Positions 51,001 through 62,628 of a DNA stretch of 64,000 nucleotides are shown one piece after another. Source of the DNA: Amoebidium appalachense (Eukaryota > Protista > Ichthyosporea); NCBI GenBank assembly GCA_963693365.1, contig CAVNZM010000015.1:434001-498000 (forward strand). The letters are read 5' to 3'. The notes under the pieces are model-generated. The model searched no databases, was not told where the DNA came from, and saw nothing but the letters and a program-made list of their open reading frames with translations. Position 1 is the first letter of the stretch. Each line of letters begins with the position of its first letter. The position numbers and the translations under genes were made by a program.

Positions 51001-52921
51001 TCATGAAGGGGGGCGGGTGCTGCCGTTCAATAGGAAGGCACGCATTCGCCAAGACCGGACACCGACCGGGAACACCACTTCTTCGGGGGCTAGGTCCGTG
51101 TGGGCCTGTGCCATCCCTTGCACCACCGGCCACCATAAGGCGGTGTCCCACACCGGGACCACTAATATTCCCTGCGCACATTCCCGCTGAATCTTCGCCA
51201 CTGTCCGCTTGATCAATGGAAACGGTGGCGCCCACCAGCTGGGGGCCTGCCATGCGGCGGCAAGCCCGTCCTGCCCACCGCTCACGGGGACCACCGCGGT
51301 CCATGTGTGAAACGTGGGTTTGACTGCTGTCACGGGTGTAGCAAACCGATCCACCGCCGTGTGCAATCCGAGTGTCTGCTCGATACGCTCGACACCCGCA
51401 GGGGTAACCGACCACTCGTGGCGGGGATCAATCCGCGACAACCAATCCGCACGGTCGTTCACTTCGCCCGGAATGTATGACAGCTCTTGGGGCCAGGGGA
51501 GCCCCTTTTCCCAACACAACTGCAGCAGTTGCCATAGCACTCGCTGCATGGAGGGGCTGCTGCTGCCCTTTTTGCGCACCGCGCCCAACGCAGCCTGGGC
51601 GTCTGACTGCCAGCGTACGTGCTGACGTTGGATTAGGGCCTGCATTTCGGGCCTGCGGTAGGCCTCGAGTAGGCCTTCGCACTCCGCCACTGCAGCCGCC
51701 CGCGGTGCATCGCTCTCCGCCCAACGACCGAAAGCCTCCACAACCTGCGGGGTTGGTAGGCCCAACTGTAGTACTGCCCCCCACCCGTGTGAGGTGGCAG
51801 CATCTGTGATGAGAGTGGCCGTGATAGGCTCAGCCAGATTTCCGTGCGGGGAAGCCGACCTATTATACCCATGGTTTTACCGATAATGCGTAGCTGCCGA
51901 CCCGTTAACCGCACAAAGCTACGCCAGTTCCCGCCGCGTAGAGCACCATACACCGGCCGGACAACCGTGAGTACATGAGGCACCGCCGCACGCAAACTAA
52001 CAACCAACCCTAGCCATCTAGCCACCTGCTTCTTTTCCACCCACCGCCGTCCTTTGCGCGCCTTAGCCATTAAAGAACGTGTTTCCCCCGATAATTTTTC
52101 CAAAGACGCCAATGTGGGAGACAAATACCCTTCCTCCAAATTTATGTGGATGCCTAAATGGTCGAGGGCACTCACTGGGTCCCAATGAGCCTTATTCGGA
52201 TGCTTCGTAAGGCCGGTGACTTTCAATTCCTGCTCCACCACCCCGCGTGTGTCGAGTGCCCGTGCCCCCTGTTCGAAGATGGCCCAGTCATCGAGGAAAA
52301 CCAACGAACGGATGCCGCGTGCACGTAACCGACGCGCGAACTCGCGCATAAGGCGCATGAAAAAGTAGGGACTGAGGGAGTAACCGAAGGGAAGCACCGT
52401 GTACTGGAAGAGTTGTCCCCCCACACGAATTTGGAAATACTTGCGGAACCGGGGTTGAATGGCTAGTGCAAAATATCCGTCTTCGAGGTCGAAACTGAAA
52501 GCGTGGTCACCCGGCTGCGCGAGCGCCCGCAAATCGCTGAGGGTTTCGTACTTGATACCACGTGCGACGGCGTATTCATTCACAGGACGCATATCAATAA
52601 TGAGCCGGACGTTTCCGTTGGGCTTCCGCAGCCCAAAAGACTTCGAAACACACCATTTTGCGCTTTCGGGCACTGTCTCGAGGGCCCCCTTACTCACTAA
52701 CCGTTCAACTTCCACTGCCGCTTCTGCCTCTGAAACTTCGCCGATATCCAGTAGCCACCTGCATCAAAAGGGGCAGGACACGCACTCTTCCATTCTGGTG
52801 TGATGCCGTACTTAATCCAGAACAAAACTTCTTTAGACGCACCCCCACGCTCCCACTCATCTACACAGGCACGAACTCTCTGATACAATGGCAGTTGGGA
52901 TGCATCACTTGCATCTCCCAT
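51001..52921 (-). CDS. DIRS-type pol: reverse transcriptase + RNase H + Dam-like methyltransferase domain, split by two frameshifts (~52750 and ~51835)
   Basis: N-terminal RVRACVDEWERGGASKEVLFWIKYG. RT motifs RLIIDMRPVN, FDLEDGYF, LPFGYSLSP, VFLDD, HLGIHI. RNase H motifs ITDAATSHGWGA, AECEG, WQSDAQ, NDRADWLSR. MTase motifs VDRFAT, QDGL, WAPPFPLI, ILVVPVWDTALWW. Confidence 0.88.
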
Positions 52922-53195
52922 CCTGCCTTCGAAGAAATTGAGACACTACACCTGTCTGCAGCACTACGCGCGCTCGCAAACAGTTTATCTACAACACTAC
53001 GCGCGCTCGTAGAACCTAACTAGAAAGGGCCGCAGCCCATTTGCCCTCAGGCCGTGGGTGCAGCTCACCCCTACGCAAATAGCTATCTATTTAGATTTAC
53101 CCACCACTGCTAATTACGCTCCACAACTGCTACCCGGGCGCCACGCCGCCCTACCGAGCTAAGCCGAGCCTCCTGCCGTCTGTCGGCCCTCTACA

Positions 53196-53362
53196 GCTAA
53201 GTAGGGGCCGACGGGGAAACAAAGCTAAGACGAGTAGAACGAGTCGCCGCCTATATACCATAGTCGGCTCCCTAGTGGCCACTGATTGTTGGAACCCTAT
53301 TCCAACCAATCAGTTGGCCTAAATACATCTCTAAATAGAGCTTGATGAATCAAGCGAAGTAT
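53196..53362. repeat. Terminal direct repeat of the retroelement, 5' copy; contains TATA, CCAAT and hairpins
   Basis: Identical to 50735-50901. Confidence 0.95.
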
Positions 53363-53962
53363 AGTTATATCACCCTGTCTAGGGTATAGGGAGAGGCAAG
53401 TGGAAGAATCCAGTTTACTACAATAAATTTGCAGTAAAACATAATTTGTAAATAGAATATGACTCTGCATGAGTCTCCTTAATGGGTGCGTGTGAAACCC
53501 TGTGTGGGTGGGTGGGGGTGGGGTGGGGGTGGGTGGGTGGGTGGGTGGGTGGGGGGGGGGGGGGGGGGGGGGGGGGTTTCAGTTTCTACGAAAAGAGAGA
53601 CAGGAGGTTGCCCGGTTCCTAGCAAGTCACAACTGATCATCCTGGATCGGGTACAACCAATGTCTACCTTCCGCAGATTCTGAACCCTCACATAAGATCA
53701 CATAAGATCTCTGGCAATCGAACTTAGGCGAACTTGCCCATGGCCGCGCTCCGTCTTGTAGTACACTGCAGCCGCGCGTTCGGTTCTGCAACATGATACC
53801 ACAACCCCCCCCTTTGAACTTGGCGTCCCGCCAAGTCAAAATGGCGATTTAGGTTATCTACTTGCCAGTTTTCGTTGCACTTCGTGTAATTCGTTTGTTT
53901 GGCCTGTGTTGGGCCTTGAATTCGAGGCCTTTTGTGAGCCATACTTCAGGGGGGAAGATCGC

Positions 53963-54043
53963 CAAAAAGCAGAGTGATTCTGCTTTTGCAGAATAATTCT
54001 GCTTTTTGCAGAATAATTCTGCTTTTTGCAGAATAATTCTGCT
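53963..54043. repeat. Tandem ~20-bp palindromic repeat TTCTGCTTTTTGCAGAATAA
   Basis: Three full copies plus partial copies. Each unit is self-complementary (TTCTGC...GCAGAA). Confidence 0.9.
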
Positions 54044-54636
54044 CGGAGCAAGTTGACTCAGCTGATGTGGTTGGGCCCTTAATTAAGTAGAGAAGATGGA
54101 GGGGAAGTGTTTTGAGCGAAATGTGTCAAGAACCACTATCCAATGGTGCGTGACACCACATTTCATTAACTACTGCAGACTCACGTTGCATCGAAGGTTG
54201 TATTCATTAACTTACTTGATGATTTGGTGTTCGTCCGGAAGAAAAAAAAAAAGACCACGAATTGTGGTCACATTTTTAAACGGTTCTCTTCTGCACTGAA
54301 TTCACTTTATTTCTTGTGTTTAAATTTTCCACATGTCATTGTGCCAAAGGTTTTGCCAACACCGTCTTGGGTGTCTTTGTGTGCAACCCCCCCCCCCCCT
54401 CCCCCCTCCCCCCTCCCCCCTCTCCCCTTCCCCCCTCCTCCCCCCTCATCCCCCCCCCCTCCCCCCCCCCCCTCCTTTTCCTCCTCCCCCCTCCTCCCTA
54501 CCCATCCCCCCCCCCGGAGCCCCCATGGCATGTGATCCCACAAGAGAGAGCCATCCTGGGTCTGGAAATTCGAACCCCGGGCCGGCGTTTGTCTGCCTGA
54601 AAGAAATCCTGCTGTCCGTTACACAGCCCCCTAGCT

Positions 54637-54704
<68 letters not shown>

Positions 54705-55218
54705 ATCTTCCCGTTCGAATCTTCCTTGTCGACGTCCCTGTTCACACTCGTAACTGTGATATAATTTAATCCAGATAATCCATGGAATTTCTAATTTTGG
54801 AACAATAGCATATTCATATATATTAGTATGAGCAAGTATGTAGTGAAAATTTGGACTTGGAAGCTTCACATCAATTCCACACGCGGACACGTACAACACG
54901 TACACGTGCTCTTGGTCATTCATGTGGGAAGTGAACTTGCACCTAGGAATGCAGATGGAGTATCTCAACTACATTCTGATTGGTACCCGCTTATCTTTGT
55001 TCTATCCAATCAGCATTTACCTGCTTGCGTAAGGTGGTGCAGATCCAGCCAATGAATGCTACATGCATTCACACGTGTGCATTTGGCGCACATGAGACGC
55101 ACCAAGCCACATGCACACATGAAAGTCATGTTTTCATTTAGAAGCAGGCGTCCGTTTAATTTTTTGAGATTTTTTGAGTTTTGTGTCGTTTCATTGATAT
55201 AATAGAGCAAAGCAGAAA

Positions 55219-57115
55219 ATGTCGAAGGCTATTGGGTTAGACATTGGCAGCAACAACTGCTGCGTTGCTGTTGCAAAGGTAATAAGTGAGGGCTCGCCAT
55301 CTAGCAACTGGTTGGAAGATCTTGCGGTGGGATCATAGGCACACATTTCATCGTTGCTTGATATTCATGCCCTTTTTTCCTACATAGATGGCTTACTTAG
55401 CGGAGCTGTGTGCAGTTCATTGCAGAACTGCGCTTAGGTGCACGGCTGTAGGAGACAAGCGCGGGTTTAGATAAACATGAGCTTTGTTTTGGTGGTGGAC
55501 AAGTACACACTTGAGCGTACCCAGCACCACAAAAGGAGGCACGAGGGCGCATTCCAAGAAGAATTAGTGCTTACATGTGCAGAACAGAAAGATATGTACA
55601 CGTGCATTGATTTGCACACGTGAACCTTCAAGGGCATACATGCAAAAACAAACCACTCTCACATCCACAAAGACACACGTACACCTGCAGCACAGCAGCA
55701 CCTGCAAACAAGAAACGATTGCTAACACGTGCAGATGCAATACAGAAATGCGTTTCTGGCAGTTCCAACGTAGCTTTCCACGTTCCTTGAACACTCAACC
55801 AGTACAATAGCTAAGCTTCTTTACCCTTGTGCATGGTAATCACACTCCCTATACGGAAGCAGTCCCCTTTGCCCCCCCCCCCCCCCCCCCCCCCCCCCGC
55901 ATCCCTCCCCCCTCCCCCTCCCCCCCCCCCCAGATCCCACCCGTCCACCTGCATCTCCCCCCCGTTCCCCCCTTCCCTTATTTTTTCCCGGGAGCTTCTT
56001 CCCTCTACCTCATCCGCAACTCCCCCTTTTACCGTCTTTCTGACAAGTTACCGGGGAACACAGGATGATGGGACCAGTGACGTGATTACTAATGAGGCTG
56101 GCTACCGCACAACACCTGCCTTTGTTTCCTTCCTTGAGGAGGAGCAGGTGCGTGAAGGAGGGGGGAGGGGGGAGAGGGTCTTGTGTATGTGTGTGGGGGG
56201 GATGGGCTGGGGGAGGAGGGGGTTGTGTTTTTCTGTAAGTGGAGAGGGCTGTGACAGTAGGGGGAGGGGGGTCTTGTGTGTGTGTGTGGGGGGGGGGGGG
56301 GGGGGAGGGGAAGGACGAGGGGGTTGGTGTATGCGTGTGAAACGGAGCTTTGATGGGGTCTTTTGCATGTATGTGTGGGTCTGTTGTCGTGAATGTGTGT
56401 GTGTGTGTGTGTGTTTGGGAGATTTTTGCGTTTGGGTGCGGGGGAGGGGAGGGGGATCTTGTGTATGTGTGTTTGTGTGTGGGGTGGGTCATTTGTGTGT
56501 GGGGGGGGGAGGGGGAAGGGGGCGGGACCAGGGTAAGTCGAGTGTGTTTATGGAGGGGTGTGGGGGTTCTGGGGGAAGGACGTTGTCATGTGCAGGTGTG
56601 TTGTGACAGGGGGGATGGGATCAAGTGTGTGTGGATTGGGGCTAGGGTTAAGAGAGTTAAAAAAGACGAAGGGAGACGAGCTACGGTGGAGTGGGGTGGG
56701 GAATGGGAGAAGAGAGGGGGAGAGGGGGGGGGTTGAAAGGGTTGAAACGGGAACACGGTTTTCTCTATTTTGAATTGAGTAATCCACAAGAACTTGTGAG
56801 ATACGTTGTTTCCATCTTGTGCATTACCCCTCCCCCCCCCCCCCCTTCCCCCCGGTCCAACCGCCCCACACCCCATGTTCTTCCCTTGCTCTTCACCCAC
56901 GTGCTTCACTGACACGTGTACTTCCATATATAGGAGGTGGGTCTTCCGGCCAAACAGCAGCTGACCCGCAATGCTCAAAATACCGTCTTTGCTGCAAAGC
57001 ATATGATTGGTCGCAGGTGGGCATGATTGTGGTCGAGGGGGGCGGGGGGAAGGGGGGGGGGGCATGTGTGCTGTTGGTAGTGGCGGTGGGGAGGGTGTGT
57101 GTGTGTGTTTTTTTT

Positions 57116-57146
<31 letters not shown>

Positions 57147-57259
57147 GGGGGGGCGGACTCGTGGTGGTTGTTGTCGTGGTGGTGGTGGGGGTTGGGGGGA
57201 TGGGAGATTAAAGTATGGTGGTGGTGGTGGCAGTGGGGGGAGAGGGAAGGAGAGTGTGT

Positions 57260-57305
<46 letters not shown>

Positions 57306-57645
57306 AAGGTGGATGCATGTGATGTGTGTTGTTTGGGAGGCGGTATATCGGGGGGGGGGGGGGGGGGGGGGGAGGGGCAAAGGTGGATGCATGTGATGTG
57401 TGTTGTTTGGGAGGCGGTATATCGGGGGGGGGGGGGGGGGGGGGGGGGGACAGGGGGGAGGTTGGATAAGTTGCAGGCAGGCAGGGAGACAGCTAATGCC
57501 CGTGTGAACACTGAGACATTCTTGAGTCACTGGCCTACACCTATACCACCACGGGTTGGCTGAGATCTGACCCTCCCCCCCCCCCTCCCCCCCCCCCCGC
57601 ACACACACACGCACCTTCCCCCTTTCCAATTCTCTCAAGGATCAG

Positions 57646-57688
<43 letters not shown>

Positions 57689-58648
57689 AGGTTCAAGGCG
57701 CTTGATGCCGAAGATCTCCAAAAATGGCAATGCAACGTCATCGACAGAGACGGGGAGCCCGTGTTCGAGGTGGACTATAAGGAGGAGATGTGCCAGGTGC
57801 GCGTGTGTGTATGTGTGAATGTGTGTCTGTGTGCCCCTGTGTGTGTGTGTGTTTCGGAAGGGGGAAGGGGGAGGGGACCGATGTGTTTGGGGGGAAGGAA
57901 TGGTGTGTGGGGGAAGATGAGGGGGGAGGGAATATGTGCGTCGTGTGCTTTCTTGGTTATTCTGGGTGTTTGTGGGTTGATATGTATGGTGTGTGGATTT
58001 TGTTGGGGCAGGGGTTTAGGACGGGTTGGAGACGGGGGGAGGAGGGGGGAAAGGAAGGGAGAAGACGATAGAAGCTGTGTGTGCGCACATGTGTTTTTGT
58101 CGGTGAAGATGGGTGGTGGGGAGGGAGGGGGGGAGAGGGGCGGCTTGGGGGGGAGATGGATAAATGATGGGGTAGGCTCCCCCTCCTCTATCGCCTCTCC
58201 CTTAACCCCTCTTCTCTTCACACCATCTCCTGTCGATCACACAAACACGATACATTTTGGTGAATGTAACGCACCACCCTGCATCACAAGAAAGCGAGAG
58301 GGAGTGAGGGAGAGAAGCTCCCCACCACTCTAAGAAAAATATAGAGAGAGAGGGGAGACGTTGAAAGAGTGATCTAAGGAACACTACGAATAAAAACCAC
58401 GATATACAAACCCCTAACCTTCTGCGTGTTGCAGTTTACGGCCGTAGAAATCACCACGATGCTTGTTGCCAAGATGAAGGAAACAGCCGAGCACTTTCTA
58501 GGCTCTCCTGTCAGCGAGTGTGTCATCACCGTCCCGGCATACTTTGACGACACACAGAGAAAGGCTACACTGGAGGTACGCAGCGGGCCAATGGTGTAGC
58601 ATCATGCTTAGCCTTATATGGCTATTTGTGGATACCTTGTGTGTGTGT

Positions 58649-58680
<32 letters not shown>

Positions 58681-58976
58681 ATGGGGGAGGGGGAGGATGC
58701 GGGTGGTTGACTGTGGTAGTGGTGGACGAGGAGGAATGTGTGTGTGTGTAAGGGGGGAGAGACCCTGGGGAGAGGGGTTGAGAGAGAGGAGGGTGGAGTT
58801 TTGGGGGGGGGGGGGGGGAGGGTTTGATACTCCGGGCACCTGATTATTGCAAAGTGTGAAATGTAAATGGTGTATGAGAGGGCTTTCTGCGTTATTTTTG
58901 GCTGGGAAGTTTTATGCAATGAGAATCTGATCAGGTTTTCTGCACGGGCACCTGCGCACACACAAACACACACACG

Positions 58977-59022
<46 letters not shown>

Positions 59023-60076
59023 GGCGTGCCGCAAGGCTGGGCTGGAGGTTCTCCGAGCCATTAATGAGCCTGTGGCTGCAGCCCTCGTTTATGGTGTGGG
59101 CCAGAAGGACGCTAAGGAGGTATGAAATGAGGGAGGGAGGGGAAGGTATCTGAACGTGTTTTGTGCATCGTGCGGGTGTGGGTGTGTCTCTCTGTGTGTG
59201 GGTGTGACTTTATGGATGTGGGATTTTGGGGGATGCGTGTGTGGTGAAAAGGGGGGGGGGGGGCTGGAAGGGATAGACGGGTGGTGGCTTCAGGAGAGAA
59301 GTAGGAGCGCGTGCATTGTAGGGGTGAAAGGGAATAGGGATGGGGTTCCACAACGAGTTGAATCTTGAATTGGAAAAGGGCACATCGCTTGTTGTGATAG
59401 CCACCCGTTTGTTCTGTAGCCTCATTTCAATTTGATCAATAACCACGAAAGATGTTTTTCGCTTTATTGTTATTTGGGTGGTCGAGGAGGGGCGTTTGGA
59501 TGCGCAGTGTGTTTTAAGACAAAAGGTGCTAGTTGGTTGTGTTTGTGTCTGTATTGCGCCGGAAGGAGGGGGGAGGGGGGGGGGGGGGATTGATGGGTGA
59601 AATTGCGAGATCAAACGATAACTAGAAACAGAAGGGTGGGCCGAGCAGGAGAAATTGGAGGGGGTGGGGGAGAGGGGGGGGGGGGAGGGGGGAGGGGGGA
59701 AAAGAGAGAGACAAGGGGCGATTTGTCCTGCATGCATGTCCAATACTGAAACGTGCGTGATGGAAAAACACATACACATACACAAAAGCACACACACACA
59801 AGCATGCAGACACGTACACCCAAGCATGCACATAGACACACACACACAGACGGAACTACACACACACACACACACACACACATACACACGTACGCACACA
59901 CACAATTATGCACACACACACATACGCGCGTGCGCACACACACACACGTACACACACACGCACATGACTGACACGGTGTCGATTTCAGGAGCGCCTTGTT
60001 CTAGTTTTGGACATTGGGGCAAGCTCTGTCGACACAACCCTTCTGAGGGTCAGGTGGGTGTCTGCTAGTAGAAAGG

Positions 60077-60139
<63 letters not shown>

Positions 60140-60244
60140 GTTGCAGGGGTTGGTTGCTGTGGGTGTAGTAGATGGTGTCTTCATCATGCAAATTGAAACG
60201 GGAGGGGCCCCCCGGGGGGGGGAGTGGGCATGATACGGTTGTGC

Positions 60245-60303
<59 letters not shown>

Positions 60304-61302
60304 GTTTGCATCCGGGGGGGAGGGGAGAGGGGGAAGGGGGGTCTATATGCCAGGAAAGGTTTGTTTTGATATGGCCAGCTATTAATAGTCGACCAATGGG
60401 CACACAGCAATGGGATCTACCACATAGTCAAGACGGCACATCACACGGGGCTGGGTGGCTCCGGATTGGACGAGAGGTTGGCAAAGTATTTTGCCGACGA
60501 GTTTAGCAGGTGCGCACGTGAATGGAGACACGTGGAAACACACAGACACGTACAAACACACACACACATCCACACGTGCAAGCACTCGCACACATCCACA
60601 CGTGCAAGCACACACACACACACACACACACATGCTTACGAGCAAGCACACACACTCACACACGCTCACACTCACACCCAACCACTCACACACATGCGCG
60701 CAAGCAAGCACACACCAGAAACACACACACACACAGGCGCGCTGAGACAAACATGCACACGCACACGCACACGCACATGCACTCGCACACAAGCAAATCT
60801 GTGTGTATGGATATACAAAAATATGCAAGCAATCATGTGTAAGTGCCGGTGTGCGTTGGAAATCCATGCCTCTGATTTTTTTTCCTGTTTTTTTTTTTTT
60901 TTGTTTTTTGTTTTTTAGGGGGGGGAGGGGGAGTGGAAGACAGAACACATGCTTACGCGCGCGTGCAAGGTGGCTCGCACACACACACACACAAACGTAC
61001 ACACGTACACGCCTCTTTACCGCCCATTGCATGCATAAGTCTACTTTAAGTTTCAGAGCTCACTCAAGCATGGCCCCTGCCGCCTATTCGATACTAAACT
61101 GAACCCCTATACCCCACATGCACACTCACACACACTTACACACACACGTACACGTACAGGAAAACCAAGCTCAACCCACTGAGCAATAAGCGTGCTGCCT
61201 CCAAGCTCCGTGCCGAGTGTGAGAGGGCCGTGCAGGTTCTCTCTACGTCGCAACAGACAATGGTCACTGTAGAGTCTCTTATGGAGGGTATGTTTTCCTC
61301 TC

Positions 61303-61346
<44 letters not shown>

Positions 61347-61549
61347 AAAAAAAAGAAAGAAAGAAAGAAACACACACACACATATCCACGCACACACACA
61401 GGAACACGCACACACGCACACACACTTTTTTCCATTGTGTATTTTTGACAAAAAGAGGTCTAAAGCAACGAGATACATGTTTAGAGTTACCGGTGGGTTT
61501 GAGTTAGTCGGGTGGGTTTGGATGTGGGTGTGTGGTGGTGGTGGTTTTT

Positions 61550-61597
<48 letters not shown>

Positions 61598-62587
61598 ATA
61601 TTTGGTGAATGTGTGTCCGAATCATTTTATGCTGATTGGAAGGGGGCACGATGTTCAGACATTGTTTGGCGGTGTAAATGTGATAATGTGGACGTATGAT
61701 AACCTCCCTCACACCTCCCCCCCCCCCCCCCCCCCCCCCCACCCCACACATACACCCTCTTTTACCCCCTCCAGTCTCTGTGTGCCTACTACCTACACAC
61801 ACATCCAGGCACTCACCGACTCTGCACTTTCCCGCATGCACACGTGCACACGTGCACTGACACCCACGCACACACACACACATGCTCACACACACACATG
61901 CCCACGTGCACACACACACGTGCGCGCGCACACGTACACACACACGTACACACACGTCCACATACACGTACACGTACACACACACACACACACGCGCGTG
62001 CGCGCAGGCATTGACCTGCACTCGTCCATCAACCGGCTCAAGTTCGAGTCCATCTGCAACGACCTCTTTGTGCAGATGCTTAACCCCGTACACGCCATCA
62101 TCACGGAAAACGGTACGTGATTTTACGGGAAAAAGGCAGGCATGTGCACGTGCTATATGTCTGAGCGTGTGTGCAGGACATGTGCATGCCTATATAAAAC
62201 GATTGTAGTGTACACGTTGATATAGGGGCTCAGGTCGTATCGGTGCACACATCATTAACATTTATTTTTTTTTGATTAAAGGGAGGGGGGGGGGAGGGGG
62301 GGGGGGGGGGGGGTCGTCTAGAAAAGAGAAATGGTGTGTGTATGTGTTCAAGCGTTGTCCCTCCGTTTCCGCTTGAGTCTGGGAACAACCACGCTTGCAC
62401 CCCTACTAATGACACATGCACGCACACATTCGCATACACACACGCACACCCACACACCTACCGACCCACACACACACCTACCCACACGTGCACGTATACA
62501 CACACACACACACATCTGCAGGGTTTTCCTAGTCAGACACACACACACTTATACACCCCACCCACCCACCCCACCCACCTACCCCCC

Positions 62588-62628
<41 letters not shown>

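Larger units (their letters stand above)
50735..53362 (-). mobile_element. DIRS-class retroelement (RT-RNase H-adenine methyltransferase-like) bounded by identical 167-bp direct repeats; no gag or tyrosine recombinase
   Basis: Repeats at 50735-50901 and 53196-53362 are identical on manual comparison and enclose a single pol reading frame. No target-site duplication seen. Confidence 0.85.

Noticed and set aside
50735-53362. Ty3/Ty1 LTR retrotransposon
   Set aside because: No TG...CA ends, integrase, protease or TSD; the RT/RNase H/MTase motifs are DIRS-type.
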